From Octopus sinensis (Eukaryota), in assembly GCF_006345805.1 (NCBI RefSeq), contig NC_043001.1:133610001-133674000 (forward strand): a DNA stretch of 64,000 nt. Reading direction: 5' to 3'. Shown here one piece after another: positions 39,191 to 52,122 of this stretch (positions are counted from its first letter, which is position 1; the number at the start of each line of letters is the position of its first letter). The translations under genes and the position numbers were made by a program. The notes beneath the pieces are model-generated. The model saw only the letters and a program-made list of their open reading frames with translations, was not told the origin of the DNA and searched no databases.

Positions 39191-40210
39191 AACTTATGTC
39201 AGCATCATGACGAACAAAAACTTTTAGATGACTGTCCACACGGAGTCCATAGTGATAATGAGTGTTTCTTTAAAATATTCCGTTATAAGCAGTGACGTCA
39301 AAATTGGTTGGATGGAGAAGATTCTAAAGAGTTCAAAAGTTCAAAAATTGTTGGAATGGGAAATTCTAAGAATAGGAGGGTGACAGAGTGCAAGTCGTAT
39401 GTATGGTGGTGCGTTGTTGTTTGCTTTGCTAATGAGATTGAGTGCCTATGTGTGTGTATGTATATAACTGCATTCGTGTCTATGTGTGTGTATGTGTGTT
39501 CGTGATTGTGTGTGATTGTTCGTGATTATATATATATATATATATATATACATATTGTAGATGTGTGAAGAGAAATAACTGACAGTTTGGTGGAAAATAA
39601 AATAAAATCACATTTATTACATCACCGAATAAAAGAATATTTGACTAAGCGAGTAACTTTGATGGTTGTTTGAAGATATAGTTTATACGAGTAATATGCT
39701 AGCTTACTACTCATCTTGGAGAATTTTAAGCTGGTCACAAGCTATTTTGTTAATACCACACAACACCACATCACATCACACCACCACGCACACACTAGCA
39801 CTGACCACTTCCCAGCACCCACACCATCATCCACACACCTACACATGCACACACGCACACATCAAGGTCACCAGCCCTCTTCCACACGCACATACATACT
39901 CTTATACACACGCACATACATACTCTTATACACACGCACGCACACCTTCGTTTTGGGATCACCACTACTTTATTATCTCCCCTTCTTTCTAACTCTCCTG
40001 TGTGACCCCTCTGTCCGGCATTTGCCATGATAGATCGGAAGCCACTGCACATTCTTTATTTTATCTCCCTGTTTTTTTTCTGTGTTCTTTTCTATGGAAG
40101 AGCGTAGGCTCTAAACGTTAAAAACTTTTTTCACTTCCCAGGCGTTAAACTGATACATCTGTTTGTTGTCTACGCCACCTGTCTTCGTCTTTTGTTTTTT
40201 TGTGAATTCT

Positions 40211-40313
<103 letters not shown>

Positions 40314-40683
40314 CAAAATAGCTAGTTGTAAAATCTCAAGAGATCAGAGTATTAACTATAATAACAAGTAAAGTCAATAGCCACATCAAAGTGATTGTTT
40401 CATGTTACGACTAGTTTAACCCCAGGCAGATCTTCCGCCAGTTATTTATCGGTGCGGCGCTGCACCCTTTATATATAATATATATTGCTAGCAGTAAGAG
40501 CGTGTCCCCTACCATCCTCTAGCACAGTGCTACTTAAAGTGATGGTCCGCGGACGATGCCGGTACGCGGTGAGCTTCCAGGAACGAAAGAAACATTATAA
40601 AATGCTTATAAGATGGTTATGTGATATTGTATTATCTGTTTGCAAAATAAATTAGAAGAGAAAAAAATTGTCAGCTTTTATTA

Positions 40684-40945
40684 TACTCTTTACTCTTTTA
40701 CTCCCTTTTACTTTTTTCAGTCGTTTGACTGTGGCCATGCTGGAGCACCGCCTTTAGTCAAGCAAATCGACCTCAGGACTTATTCTTTGTAAGCCTAGTA
40801 CTTATTCTATCGGTCTCTTTTGCCGAACCGCTAAGTTACGGGGACGTAAACACACCAGCATCGGTTGTCAAGCGATGTTGGGAGAGAGGACAAACACAGA
40901 CACATAAACGTACACACCTCCAACATACATACATACATACATACA

Positions 40946-41021
<76 letters not shown>

Positions 41022-42100
41022 ATAATATTATATATATATATATAATATAATAATAATAATAATAGGGAGTAAATCCAAACTTACAGGAAAAAATTAGATT
41101 TAGGATTAAATCTAATTTTACAGTATAAATATATATATGAAATTAGAGATAAAACCACAGGCAAACCAACAGTGAAAAACATAAACCAAAACATAGAAAT
41201 AAAATTAATTAATATAATATACAAAATATATAAAATATAAAATTCAAAATTAAATTATTTAAATTAAAAATTTTTTTTTTAATTATTAATTTATACTTAT
41301 AAATTTATATTATATATATTATTTTTTTAATTTTTATATTTCTTTTATTATATTAAATATATAACTAAACTAACAAAAAGTATTAAAAAGTTTAAAATAA
41401 GATAAAAAGTAAAACCACAACGATCGTTTCATGCCCATAACCTAATTCGAATAACAATAATTTACATTCAATTAATAATTCGAATTATGGTTATAGTCAA
41501 TCTTCAGGTTAATGATAATATTTAAATAAATAATCAAATATATTTAAACAATATTTTTTAAAGAAATAAATAAAATAATAATTTTTCTTATAAAAAACTC
41601 TATTATCAAACTAGAAACTTTAATTATTATGATGATGTCATACAATCGATTATAATGTTAAATACAAATTTTTAAGTATTAATTTTTAAGGTAAGAATAG
41701 ATAGAAAATGTATTTATTTATTCAGATATAATATGGCTTTAAAAAAATATAATAAACCCACAAATAATCTAATCTCAGTTATAGTCAATATCTAATTACC
41801 TAAATATTTAACAAAAAAATAATCACTATTCATATTATTAAATTTAATTTCAAGTCAAATAATAATATAATATTTGAATAATAACTAAATTATCAATGAT
41901 ATATATATAAATGTATATAAATATAAGAATTAAGATCTAAAATTATTTCTATCAATAAATATATATGCAAAATATATAAATAATTTAATTTTGAATTTTA
42001 TATTTTATATATTTTGTATATTATATTAATTAATTTTATTTCTATGTTTTGGTTTATGTTTATCACTGTTTGATTTGCCTAATAGTGGTTTTATCTCTAA

Positions 42101-42136
<36 letters not shown>

Positions 42137-42286
42137 GTCGGGCTTCTTTCAGCTTCGTCTACCAAATCCACTTACAAGGCTTTGGGTATAATAGAAAACA
42201 CTTGCCAAAGGTGTCACGCAGTGGGACTGAACCCGGAACCATGTGGTTGGTAAGCAAGCTAGTTACCACACGACCACTCCTACGCT
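40684..42286 (-). mobile_element. SINE family B split by an AT-rich hammerhead-bearing element
   Basis: 3' half at 40684-40905, 5' half at 42136-42286. Confidence 0.8.
41413..41513 (-). ncRNA. Hammerhead-like motif with a long stem II (family H7)
   Basis: CUGAAGA, ~20-bp imperfect stem II, GAAAC-GAUC-GUU; stem I weak. Confidence 0.5.
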
Positions 42287-42397
42287 TATTCATATATATA
42301 TATATTGTTTCCGGTATAAATTAATATTACTAAGAAATATGACCGGTCACGCCACATGAGATAGTTTGAGAAGCAGTGCTCTGGCAGATAACAGGAT

Positions 42398-42444
42398 CGT
42401 GAGACTGACTCAGTTTCCAGCTGGTTGGTTCGTCTTCAGTCGCG
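42398..42444 (-). ncRNA. Hammerhead-like motif (family H8)
   Basis: CGCGA-CUGAAGA-...-GAAAC-UGAGUCA-GUC-UCACG; stem II poorly paired in this copy. Confidence 0.45.
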
Positions 42445-42754
42445 AGTACCCGATAGCCAGGCTCCGCTCCAGCCAGAGATCTACCTGGTGTTAAACTAGT
42501 AGTAACATGGAACAGCCACTTAGATGTGGCGGTTGACTTTACTTTTTAGTATAGTTACTACTCTGATTTCTTCTTGAGATTTTACAACTAGCTATTTTGC
42601 TTGTTGCAAATCAGTGGCCGATGGTCGCTTTGTTTATGATATATTTATTGCTGGCTGGATCGGACCCTGGCCATCGTTCCTTCGACCGGGTACTCGCGGC
42701 TGAAGATGTATGTATGTATGTATGTGTATGTATGTATGTATGTATGTATGTATG

Positions 42755-42788
<34 letters not shown>

Positions 42789-43062
42789 TGTATGTATGTA
42801 TGTATGTATGTATGTACGTATGTATGTATGTACGTACGTACGTACGTATGCATGTACGTATGTATATATGTATGTATGTATGTATATGTAAGGATGTACG
42901 CATGTATATATGTACATACATACATTCACACACACACGTACGTTCTTACATAATACATACATTCACACATGCGTCCGTGCTTACACATACCTACATACAT
43001 ACATACATACATACATACAACATACATACATACATAAATACATACATACATACATACATACA

Positions 43063-43588
43063 TACTGTAAATCCTCGAGTATAGTCCACCTATGAGTATA
43101 ATACGCAGGGGATTTTTAGGGGGCTGTACCTCTGAAAAACCTAAACATTGTGTATAATATGCACCATTTCTCTAACTCGAGTCGTGCGTAATTAAACCAG
43201 CAGCACCTAGTCGAACAAACACTTCCACGCATGCGTAATACAATAATAGTGATGTTCTTAACTGTTATATGGGAATGTAAATATGTTTGCAATTTATTTT
43301 TGTTATATGTTACTCTGTGTTTTGAATACTTTCATTTTAATAAATGTTGCTTATTGCAAGTTATGGATGATTCTTTTTATGGCTTCATTGATTTCAGGCT
43401 TAGCTTAAGGTATTTTCGTGCCCGACATCACAAAATGCGTCTGAATAAACATTGCCGGACAGCAAATAGAGACTCGGACATTGCTTAGGATATATTTTTC
43501 ATTTTTAACCTCGTATATAATACGCACCAGGGATTTTGACCTTTAAATTTGGGGGAAAAATGCGGATTATACTCGAAGATTTACGGCA
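43063..43588. mobile_element. pogo/Tigger-like MITE, second copy
   Basis: TACTGTAAATCCTCGAGTATA ... TATACTCGAAGATTTACGG. Confidence 0.8.
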
Positions 43589-43654
43589 CATATATATACA
43601 TACATACATACGTACATACATACAAACATACATACATACATACACACACACACA

Positions 43655-44012
43655 TACACACACAAAATTACCCTGTTGTTGATGCTGAAATTCCTATGAA
43701 GGGGCCTTGGATCTAGGTTAAAAACCGTTCTTTCTCTATTGGCAAGAAATCTTGAAATAAACTGAATAATGGCATACATACAAACATACATACATACATA
43801 CATACATACATACATACATACATACATACATACACACACACTCAAAATTACCCTTTTGTTGATGCTGAAATTCCAATGAAGGGGCCTTGCATCTAGGTTA
43901 GAAACCGATTCTTTCTCTATTGGCAAGAAATCTTGAAATAAACTGAATAATGACATACATACATACATACATACATACATACATACATACATACATACAT
44001 ACATACATAAAT

Positions 44013-44051
<39 letters not shown>

Positions 44052-44345
44052 AAATTACCCTTTTGTTGATGCTGAAATTCCAATGAAGAGGCCTTGGATC
44101 TAGGTTAGAAACCGGTTCTATCTCTATTGGCAAGAAATCTTGAAATAAACTGAATAATGGCATACATACATACATACATACATACATACATACATACATA
44201 CACACATAAAATTACCCTTTTGTTGATGCTGAAATTCCAATGAAGGGGCCTTGGATCTAGGTTAGAAACCGGTTCTTTCTCTATTGGCAAGAAATCTTGA
44301 AATAAACTGAATAATGACAAACATACAAACATACATACATACATA
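43655..44345. repeat. Four ~115-bp units separated by (CATA)n; solo inverted copy at 17010-17125
   Basis: AAAATTACCC..GAAATAAACTGAATAATG repeated four times with few substitutions. Confidence 0.9.
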
Positions 44346-44834
44346 CAAAGCGTGTATGCTTATTAATTCTAGTAAGGATAGGCATTAGTTCTATTATCCA
44401 TACGACTGCACATGAAGTATTTAAATATTTTCGGTATTGCAAAGCACTGATGCACCTGAGTTCTTTTTAAGTTTTAAGAAAGATGTCCTTGTAAATGAAT
44501 ACCAGATATTTCTGCAAGTAATTGAAACTGTCAAACAGTCACATAGTACTTATTCTGTTTATACCACTAATTTCTGTAATTACTTCTTCTAGATACAATC
44601 TGCCATAATTATTTCTTTAATATGTTTTCTGTACACAGCGTAATGTCGATTAAAAGCGTTTGTTATCTGGTATATGTGGGTTTTCATGCTCCAAGAATAA
44701 TTATTAAAGGATTACTCTCTCAGCTTCTATAGATCAGTGACATAATTTACACGGTGCAACGTGGGAGCATATATAGACATACCTCAACTTACGTCGGTAA
44801 TTGGTTCTAAAATATGCAACATAGCTAGAAAAAC

Positions 44835-45140
44835 GTGAGTGTTTATTGAGCGAAAACACCTAAAAGCTCCACGAGGCTCCGGCAGGGGATGGTGGTGATC
44901 CCTGCTGTACTCTTTCACCACAACTTTCTCTCACTCTTACTTCCTGTTTCTGTTGTACCTGTATTTCAAAGGGCCGGCCTTGTCACTCTCTGTGTCACGC
45001 TGAATATCCCCGAGAACTACGTTAAGGGTGCACGTGTCTGTGGAGTGCTCAGCCACTTACACGTTAATTTCACGAGCAGGCTGTTCCGTTGATTCGGATC
45101 AACCGGAACCCTCGTCGTCCGAACCGACGGAGTGCTTCCA
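44835..45140 (+). mobile_element. SINE family A copy, 5'-truncated
   Basis: Matches family A from GTGAGTGTTTATTGAGCG onward and has a (TTCCA)n tail. Confidence 0.9.
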
Positions 45141-45204
45141 TTCCATTCCATCCACATGGTTTGTATATATTTTCATATGTATTTAGTTTGATGTTCCACG
45201 TCAG

Positions 45205-45369
45205 CACGGCCGGCTCAAGGTACCGGCAACTCGGGCAGTCGCCCGGGGCGCCGTGTGCTAGGGGTACCAAGGAGAGCGTGACAAAGACAAGGACATTTCT
45301 ACGATCGTCAGCTTGTACACGCCGAAGTTCAGCTTGCCCGGGGCGCAAGCAACCCTAGGGCCGGCCCTG
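45205..45369. mobile_element. Small hAT-like MITE
   Basis: TIR CACGGCCGGCTCAAGG / CCTAGGGCCGGCCCTG; degenerate 8-bp TSD CACGTCAG/CACTTCAA. Confidence 0.65.
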
Positions 45370-45901
45370 CACTTCAATATTGGTTTGTTTAGGGGGTTTT
45401 TTAATATTTTTATGCTTTTAAATATCTTCGCTGAGACCAACTGCAGTTGGATGAATCAGCTGAGGTGGAGGTTTATCTGTTCCATTAATTTCTTTAAAAA
45501 AAAAACGAAGTGAAGTCGAAAAATACGTAACTCGAAAAGACGTGTGTTGGGGTATGTCTGTACTTGGAAGATTGTACTGAGAAATTTAAACCTGCTGGGA
45601 ATAGTAACCAAGTTAGCCTTGAAAACATTCTTGCATTTTTTTTTTTTTAAGGGAAACATTAAATATTGTCCTTAATCACCCCAAATAGCTGGGATTGTCA
45701 GAATGTCTTCAACCGGAACTCGATTAGTTCTGCGGTTAAAAAATTTCAACATTACAAAACATATCTGACCTTCTTCACTCACATTCCTGTCATGTTTTTT
45801 TTTTTTTATGAATAAACGCAGAAATTATCTACAATTAGTTCTTAAAGTGCTAGCGAAAGTTTTTCAGCAATGGAATCACGAGTTCGTATTTCCTGCCACG
45901 G

Positions 45902-46225
45902 TGAGGGCGCGTGGCTTAGTGGTTAGGGCATTCGGCTCATGATCGTAAGGTTGTGAGTTCGATTCCCGGCGACGCGTTGTGTCCTTGAGCAAGACACTTT
46001 ATTTCACGTTGCTCCAGTCCACTCAGCTGGCAAAAATGAGTTGTACTTGTATTTCAAAGGGTCAGCCTTGTCACTCTCTGTGTCACGCTGATTATCCCCG
46101 AGAACTACGTTAAGGGTGCACGTGTCTGTGGAATGCTCAGCCATTTGCACGTTAATTTCACGAGCAAGCTGTTCCGTTGATCGTATCAGCTGGGACCCTC
46201 GTCGTCGTAACCGGCGGAGTCTTTA
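45902..46225 (+). mobile_element. Chimeric SINE: different tRNA head and central domain, family-A 3' half
   Basis: Head GGCGCGTGGCTTAGTGG..GTTCGATTCC, then TGTGTCCTTGAGCAAGACAC, then joins the family A body at TGTATTTCAAAGGG. 12-bp TSD ATTTCCTGCCAC. Confidence 0.8.
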
Positions 46226-46480
46226 ATTTCCTGCCACAAATTGAGAGGGAGAATCTATTACAATACAGTAAGTAGAGTATTGTAGAATGGATTAACGTAC
46301 AGCTGAGAGCAGTACAGCATACTACAGCGTAGTGTTGTAGAGTATATTACATTGCAGATGTCAACTGTATCCTTCGGTAGAGTACAGCAGGATACCGTAC
46401 AATAGAGTACAACATACGGAACTTTGTGGTTTCCGTCACTGTTTACAATTATCATTAAAAAAATCTTCTAATGTATCATA

Positions 46481-46647
46481 TAGGTGCAGGAGTGGCTGTG
46501 TGGTAAGTAGCTTGCTAACCAACTACATGGTTCCGGGTTCAGTCCCACTGCGTGGCATCTTGGGCAAGTGTCTTCTGCTATAGCTCCGGGCCGACCAATG
46601 CCTTGTGAGTGGATTTGGTAGACGGAAACTGAAAGAAGCCTGTTGTG

Positions 46648-46739
<92 letters not shown>

Positions 46740-46962
46740 ATGTGTTTGTGTGTCTGTGTTTATCCCCCTAGCATTGCTTGAGAACCGATGCTGGTGTGCT
46801 TACGTCCCCGTCACTTAGCGGTTCGGCAAAAGAGACCGATAGAATAAGTACTGTGCTTACAAAGAATAAGTCCCGGGGTCGATTTGCTCGACTAAAGGTG
46901 GTGCTCCAGCATGGCCACAGTCAAATGACTGAAACAAGTAAAAGAGTAAAAGAGAGAGAGAG
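46481..46962 (+). mobile_element. SINE family B, full-length
   Basis: Same head, CORE-like segment, internal microsatellite and AAAGAG tail as 13313-13801. Confidence 0.85.
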
Positions 46963-47918
46963 TATATATATGTAATTTTTGACGCTGAATCTGAATTTGC
47001 TATTCATTTATTCCAGAAAAAATTTGCAAAAATGTTACTTGTTTTCAAAGTTTGATAATTTTCAAAATTTTCAGCCAATCAGAAAACAGCGCGTTCGCTG
47101 CTTCTTCCACCATCAGGGCGAGGCGGAGGACATCGGCATGTCAAAACATTTAAACTAGCTACGCGAGCAAATTAAATATTTAAAAGCTACGAACAAGCCA
47201 ACGGGAGTTGCTAGAAATAACAGTCAAAACATTGTTTAAAACAGACATTTATTGGTTTAAAAATTTCGAGAAACGAAAGTTTGCAATGCACTCTTGGGTC
47301 TTATAAAATAAATTATCTTTCTCGTATCTCCTTCTTCGCATAAATTCACAAATATAAGGGTCAACCATGCCCAGGTACTTCCAATTTGTTGAATGTGAGT
47401 CCCATCTGTTATGAAAACAAACAATTATAGAACAAGTCGTGGTTACACTCCTTGTGCGCATGCGCATCATCTTTGGTTACTATGGAAACAGAGTTCTTCA
47501 CAATCAGCCATGGAACACGAAGTGCTTCTTTGCTTTGGTTAAGTCTAAAATACTCGCTTCTGATTGGCTAAAATACCTAAATTCTGCAAATTTTAAAGGC
47601 TAATAACTTTTTAATTATGGGTTTATAGGGAAAACGAATTTCATTTTCATAATTAGTATACAAAACTTAATCCATATACAAAATTTGAAAACAATTGGAT
47701 CAAAGTTGTAAACAGTGACGAAAGCCACAAAGATCCCAACATACTGCAATAGAGTATAGTGTAGAGTACAAAATGATATAGTAGAACTCGGTACAGTAAA
47801 GTGCAGAGCTGTAAAACACATTACAGTATAGCCCAATGTAGTGCAATGTCACACTGGAATAGAAATATTAATAGTATAGAGTAGTACTACAGTACGTTTC
47901 AGTACAGCATAGTACTAT

Positions 47919-48300
47919 GGAAGCACTCCGTCGGTTACGACGACGAGGGTTCCGGTTGATCCGAATCAACGGAACAGCCTGCTCCTGAAATTAACGTGTA
48001 AGTGGCTGAGCACTCCACAGACACGTATACCCTTAACGTAGTTCTCGGGGATATTCAGCGTGACACAGAGAGTGACAAGGCCGGCCCTTTGAAATACAGG
48101 TACAACAGAAACAGGAAGTAAGAGTGAGAGAAAGTTGTGGTGAAAGAGTACAGCAGGGATCACCACCATCCCCTGCCGGAGCCTCGTGGAGCTTTAGGTG
48201 TTTTCGCTCAATAAACACTCACAACGCCCGGTCTGGGAATCGAAACCGCGATCCTATGACCGCGAGTCCGCTGCCCTAACCACTGGGCCATTGTGCCTCC
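47919..48300 (-). mobile_element. SINE family A copy
   Basis: Full-length reverse copy with TSD ACAGCATAGTACTA. Confidence 0.9.
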
Positions 48301-49089
48301 CCACAGCATAGTACTACAGTACTGTACAAAGTAACTGGCTGTTAATCAGAAGGTATGGAGATCAGTGTGTGATGCTAGAGTGAAACGCTTTGAAACTGAA
48401 TGTAGGAGACTGCTTTAAGAGATGAGGAGACGTCGTATGTCTGTGTATGTATGTATGTATATGTTGCTCGGGGTCATTTTCGGTGCCCTCAGTGACACAA
48501 GATCTGCCTATTGCATATCGGTCTTGCAAGCCACGTCCGCTCATATGAGAAACAATGTGCTAGAGGCGAAGTAAGATGAATGTCTTGGATCGACGCTGTC
48601 ATCAACTTTGATGGGCTGCCATAAACCAAAAGAGCTGTACAAAACAGTACAGTAGAATACACTAACGCTTAGTGTAGTACTACAGTTCATTACATTACAG
48701 TACAGGAGAATACATTACTATAATAGAATAACATAGGGTAAAAGCAGCACAGCAGTCATTCCAACAAAACGGTACAATGCAGTATAGACCGATGTGTAAA
48801 GCCGATAGACGACAATTCACTTTTGCATCATTTTGATAACGTATTTTACGAGACTTGTCGAGAGACGAATTTAAATGTAGTAACTGGTTTATTGTGAAAA
48901 TTTTTTCTGGTGAACGTGGCAAGGTTCAGTAACCTGGATCGGTTGTTAAAGGAAGAATGTCGGATGGATTTCGGTTAATAGACTGTAGAAAAAACATGTT
49001 GGTGTAATTAGCGTTAATTTACAATGTTTAGTTGAGTCATGGATTACTCAACTAAACTCGTTGATTTAACTTTGACAATATATTTAGTT

Positions 49090-50248
49090 ATACCTATTTC
49101 ATTATTACCCACAAGGGGCTAAACACAGAGGGGACAAACAAGGACAGACATAGGTATTAAGTCGATTACATCGACCCCCAGTGCGTAACTGGTACTTAAT
49201 TTATCGACCCCGAAAGGATGAAAGGCAAAGTCGACCTCGGCGGAATTTGAACTCACAACGTAACGGCAGACGAAATACCTATTTCATTATTACCCACAAG
49301 GGGCTAAACACAGAGGGGACAAACAAGGACAGACATAGGTATTAAGTCGATTACATCGACCCCCAGTGCGTAACTGGTACTTATTTATCGACCCCGAAAG
49401 GATGAAAGGCAAAGTCGACCTCGGCGGAATTTGAACTCACAACGTAACGGCAGACGAAATACCTATTTCATTATTACCCACAAGGGGCTAAACACAGAGG
49501 GGACAAACAAGGACAGACATAGGTATTAAGTCGATTACATCGACCCCCAGTGCGTAACTGGTACTTAATTTATCGACCCCGAAAGGATGAAAGGCAAAGT
49601 CGACCTCGGCGGAATTTGAACTCACAACGTAACGGCAGACGAAATACCTATTTCATTATTACCCACAAGGGGCTAAACACAGAGGGGACAAACAAGGACA
49701 GACATAGGTATTAAGTCGATTACATCGACCCCCAGTGCGTAACTGGTACTTAATTTATCGACCCCGAAAGGATGAAGGCAAAGTCGACCTCGGCGGAATT
49801 TGAACTCACAACGTAACGGCAGACGAAATACCTATTTCTTTATTACCCACAAGGGGCTAAACACAGAGGGGACAAACAAGGACAGACATAGGTATTAAGT
49901 CGATTACATCGACCCCCAGTGCGTAACTGGTACTTAATTTATCGACCCCGAAAGGATGAAAGGCAAAGTCGACCTCGGCGGAATTTGAACTCACAACGTA
50001 ACGGCAGACGAAATACCTATTTCTTTATTACCCACAAGGGGCTAAACACAGAGGGGACAAACAAGGACAGACATAGGTATTAAGTCGATTACATCGACCC
50101 CCAGTGCGTAACTAGTACTTAATTTATCGACCCCGAAAGGATGAAAGGCAAAGTCGACCTCGGCGGAATTTGAACTCACAACGTAACGGCAGACGAAATA
50201 CCGCTAAGCATTTCGCCCGGCGTGCTAACGTTTCTGCCAGCTCGCCAC
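49090..50248 (-). repeat. SINE family C hexamer (six ~185-bp bodies plus one head)
   Basis: Unit starts at 49090, 49275, 49459, 49644, 49828 and 50013; head at 50198-50248. Confidence 0.92.
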
Positions 50249-50452
50249 CTTTGCCACCACCATCGTGTTCTGACTCTAAATTCTACGAACATCAACTTTG
50301 CTTTTTCTGAAGTACTTAAAATAACGAGCACCTATTATGAACTGAGGTCGAATTAATCGACTACACCCATTCTTAAAATATGTGACCTTATTTAGAACAA
50401 AGATTTTTATCATTAAGCGATCTCAGTCGAGATGGACCAAGGTTAATCTTGA

Positions 50453-50496
<44 letters not shown>

Positions 50497-50974
50497 GTCA
50501 ACCAATACATTTATTCTATTTTTCAACATCCTCTTTCATTTCCTCAAGTGTTAGTTCTCGAATTATTGTGCACTCACAACTGACCAATCATCTTCTACTA
50601 TTCGTCTGTAGCCGGAGCAAAGTCAACAGCTATGCTCATTATCTTGATAAAATCAATGCATTCCGCCCCACTAGCTCCAACACGAACTACATCTTTAGTT
50701 TTAAGAGTTGCTGATGATTTTCTCCAAAAGAATGTCATAACAAAATCTTTTTGAACGTGGAATGCCGAGAACTGAGGAAGTCAAATATTTCTTCATTTTT
50801 TGTTTCCCTTTTTTTTTAATGAAAAATTAACTGCTAATCGCAAATCTTAATAAATGACCAGTTTTTTTTTTAATACCTTCTGCTAGTGTTTCAATCACTG
50901 TCCAGGTATGACTGCATTCGAACAGAACTGTTTTAAGATTTATTTCCTCAGCTAATGTTTTTTGTACTGCCCAA

Positions 50975-51700
50975 GCCTCATCATCATCATTGTTCGACTG
51001 TGGTCGAGACAATGGAATTTACCATGCTACGCCAGACTTCACGGTCCATCATGGCATTACGGAGGTCCTGTTGCTGGATGCCTGTATCCCTGGAGATTAC
51101 ATCAGGGTAGGAGAGTGTGCGCCCTCTGGTATTGCGAGTAGATGGCTTCCAGGAGAGAAGAGTAGAAATTACTTCTTTTTCAGCTCTACAACAATGTCCA
51201 CCAAACTGGACTCTCCTACCCAAGCCTCACTGCTATAGAACAAGAGCTCTATCAATGCAGCTTGGCACCAAGAATGCTAAGACTATGTTGGCCGACGGCT
51301 TTTTCTGTTTCTAGACTGAGGGCACAGTTACGGTGTTTAGGTCCTGGTTCAAGCTGGACCTTCAAGTGAATAAGAATAAGTTTGTGAACAAAGTAGCCTG
51401 CCTCACTTTGAAATTGGCTGAGATTTCTGAAAGATCGGTTGGAAAGTGACTAATGTGTACATCGCCTAGGTTATGGTACTATCGCCTGACCACTATACTT
51501 TGTCCCAACAAACATTCGATCAGCTTAGAGTGTATTCTATTATATGCAGCAAGAAGCATCCCAAGATTTCCATAGAGTCGATGTTGGCAGTAGATGAATT
51601 TCATGACTGGCAAAGTATCTACTGCTAACACCTACTCGGTGGAAATCTTGGGATGCTGGCACTAATAACGCACAGGCACAAACTAAGACTGCCACGTATT
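50975..51700 (-). mobile_element. RTE-clade LINE 3' fragment
   Basis: QFGGHCCR..LLSWKP..RGR..DL..AMMDREVWRS with an (ATG)n tail at 50977-50990. Confidence 0.8.
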
Positions 51701-51736
51701 CAGAATTCCTGTCCACACCTCATTACTATACAACAA

Positions 51737-52122
51737 GTGGAGGTGCAATGGCCCAGTGGTTAGGGCAGCGGACTCATGGTCGTAGGATCGCGGTTTCGAT
51801 TCCCAGACCGGGCATTGTGATTGTTTATTGAGCGAAAACACCTAAAAGTTCCACGAGGCTCCGGCAGGGGATGGTGGTGATCCCTGCTGTACTCTTTCAC
51901 CACAACTTTCTCTCACTCTTACTTCCTGTTTCTGTTGTACCTGTATTTCAAAGGACCGGCCTTGTCACTCTCTGTGTCACGCTGAATATCCCCGAGAACT
52001 ACGTTAAGGGTACACGTGTCTGTGGAGTGCTCAGCCACTTATAACGTTAATTTCACGAGCAGGCTGTTCCGTTGATTCGGATCAACCGGAACCCTCATCG
52101 TCGTAACCGACGGAGTGCTTCC
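51737..52122 (+). mobile_element. SINE family A copy
   Basis: Full-length match to 907-1292. Confidence 0.9.

Noticed and set aside
40085-40125. CUAUGGA-A-GAGC..GCUC-UAAAC
   Set aside because: Shape of family H1, but several invariant core bases are changed; counted as a dead relative, not a ribozyme.
41260-41980. Possible mitochondrial insertion because of extreme AT content
   Set aside because: No mitochondrial gene, tRNA or rRNA motif recognised; inverted arms and the hammerhead-like core point to a repeat element.
44230-44285. CCAAUGA...GAAAC-CG-GUU in the 115-bp module
   Set aside because: Two core mismatches (U4, G5) in every copy, and an alternative hairpin explains the pairing better.
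49090-50197. Regular array resembling CRISPR, or a ribozyme-containing retrozyme
   Set aside because: Units are full repeats with no unique spacers, in a eukaryotic context. I found no CUGANGA/GAAA or twister core on either strand.
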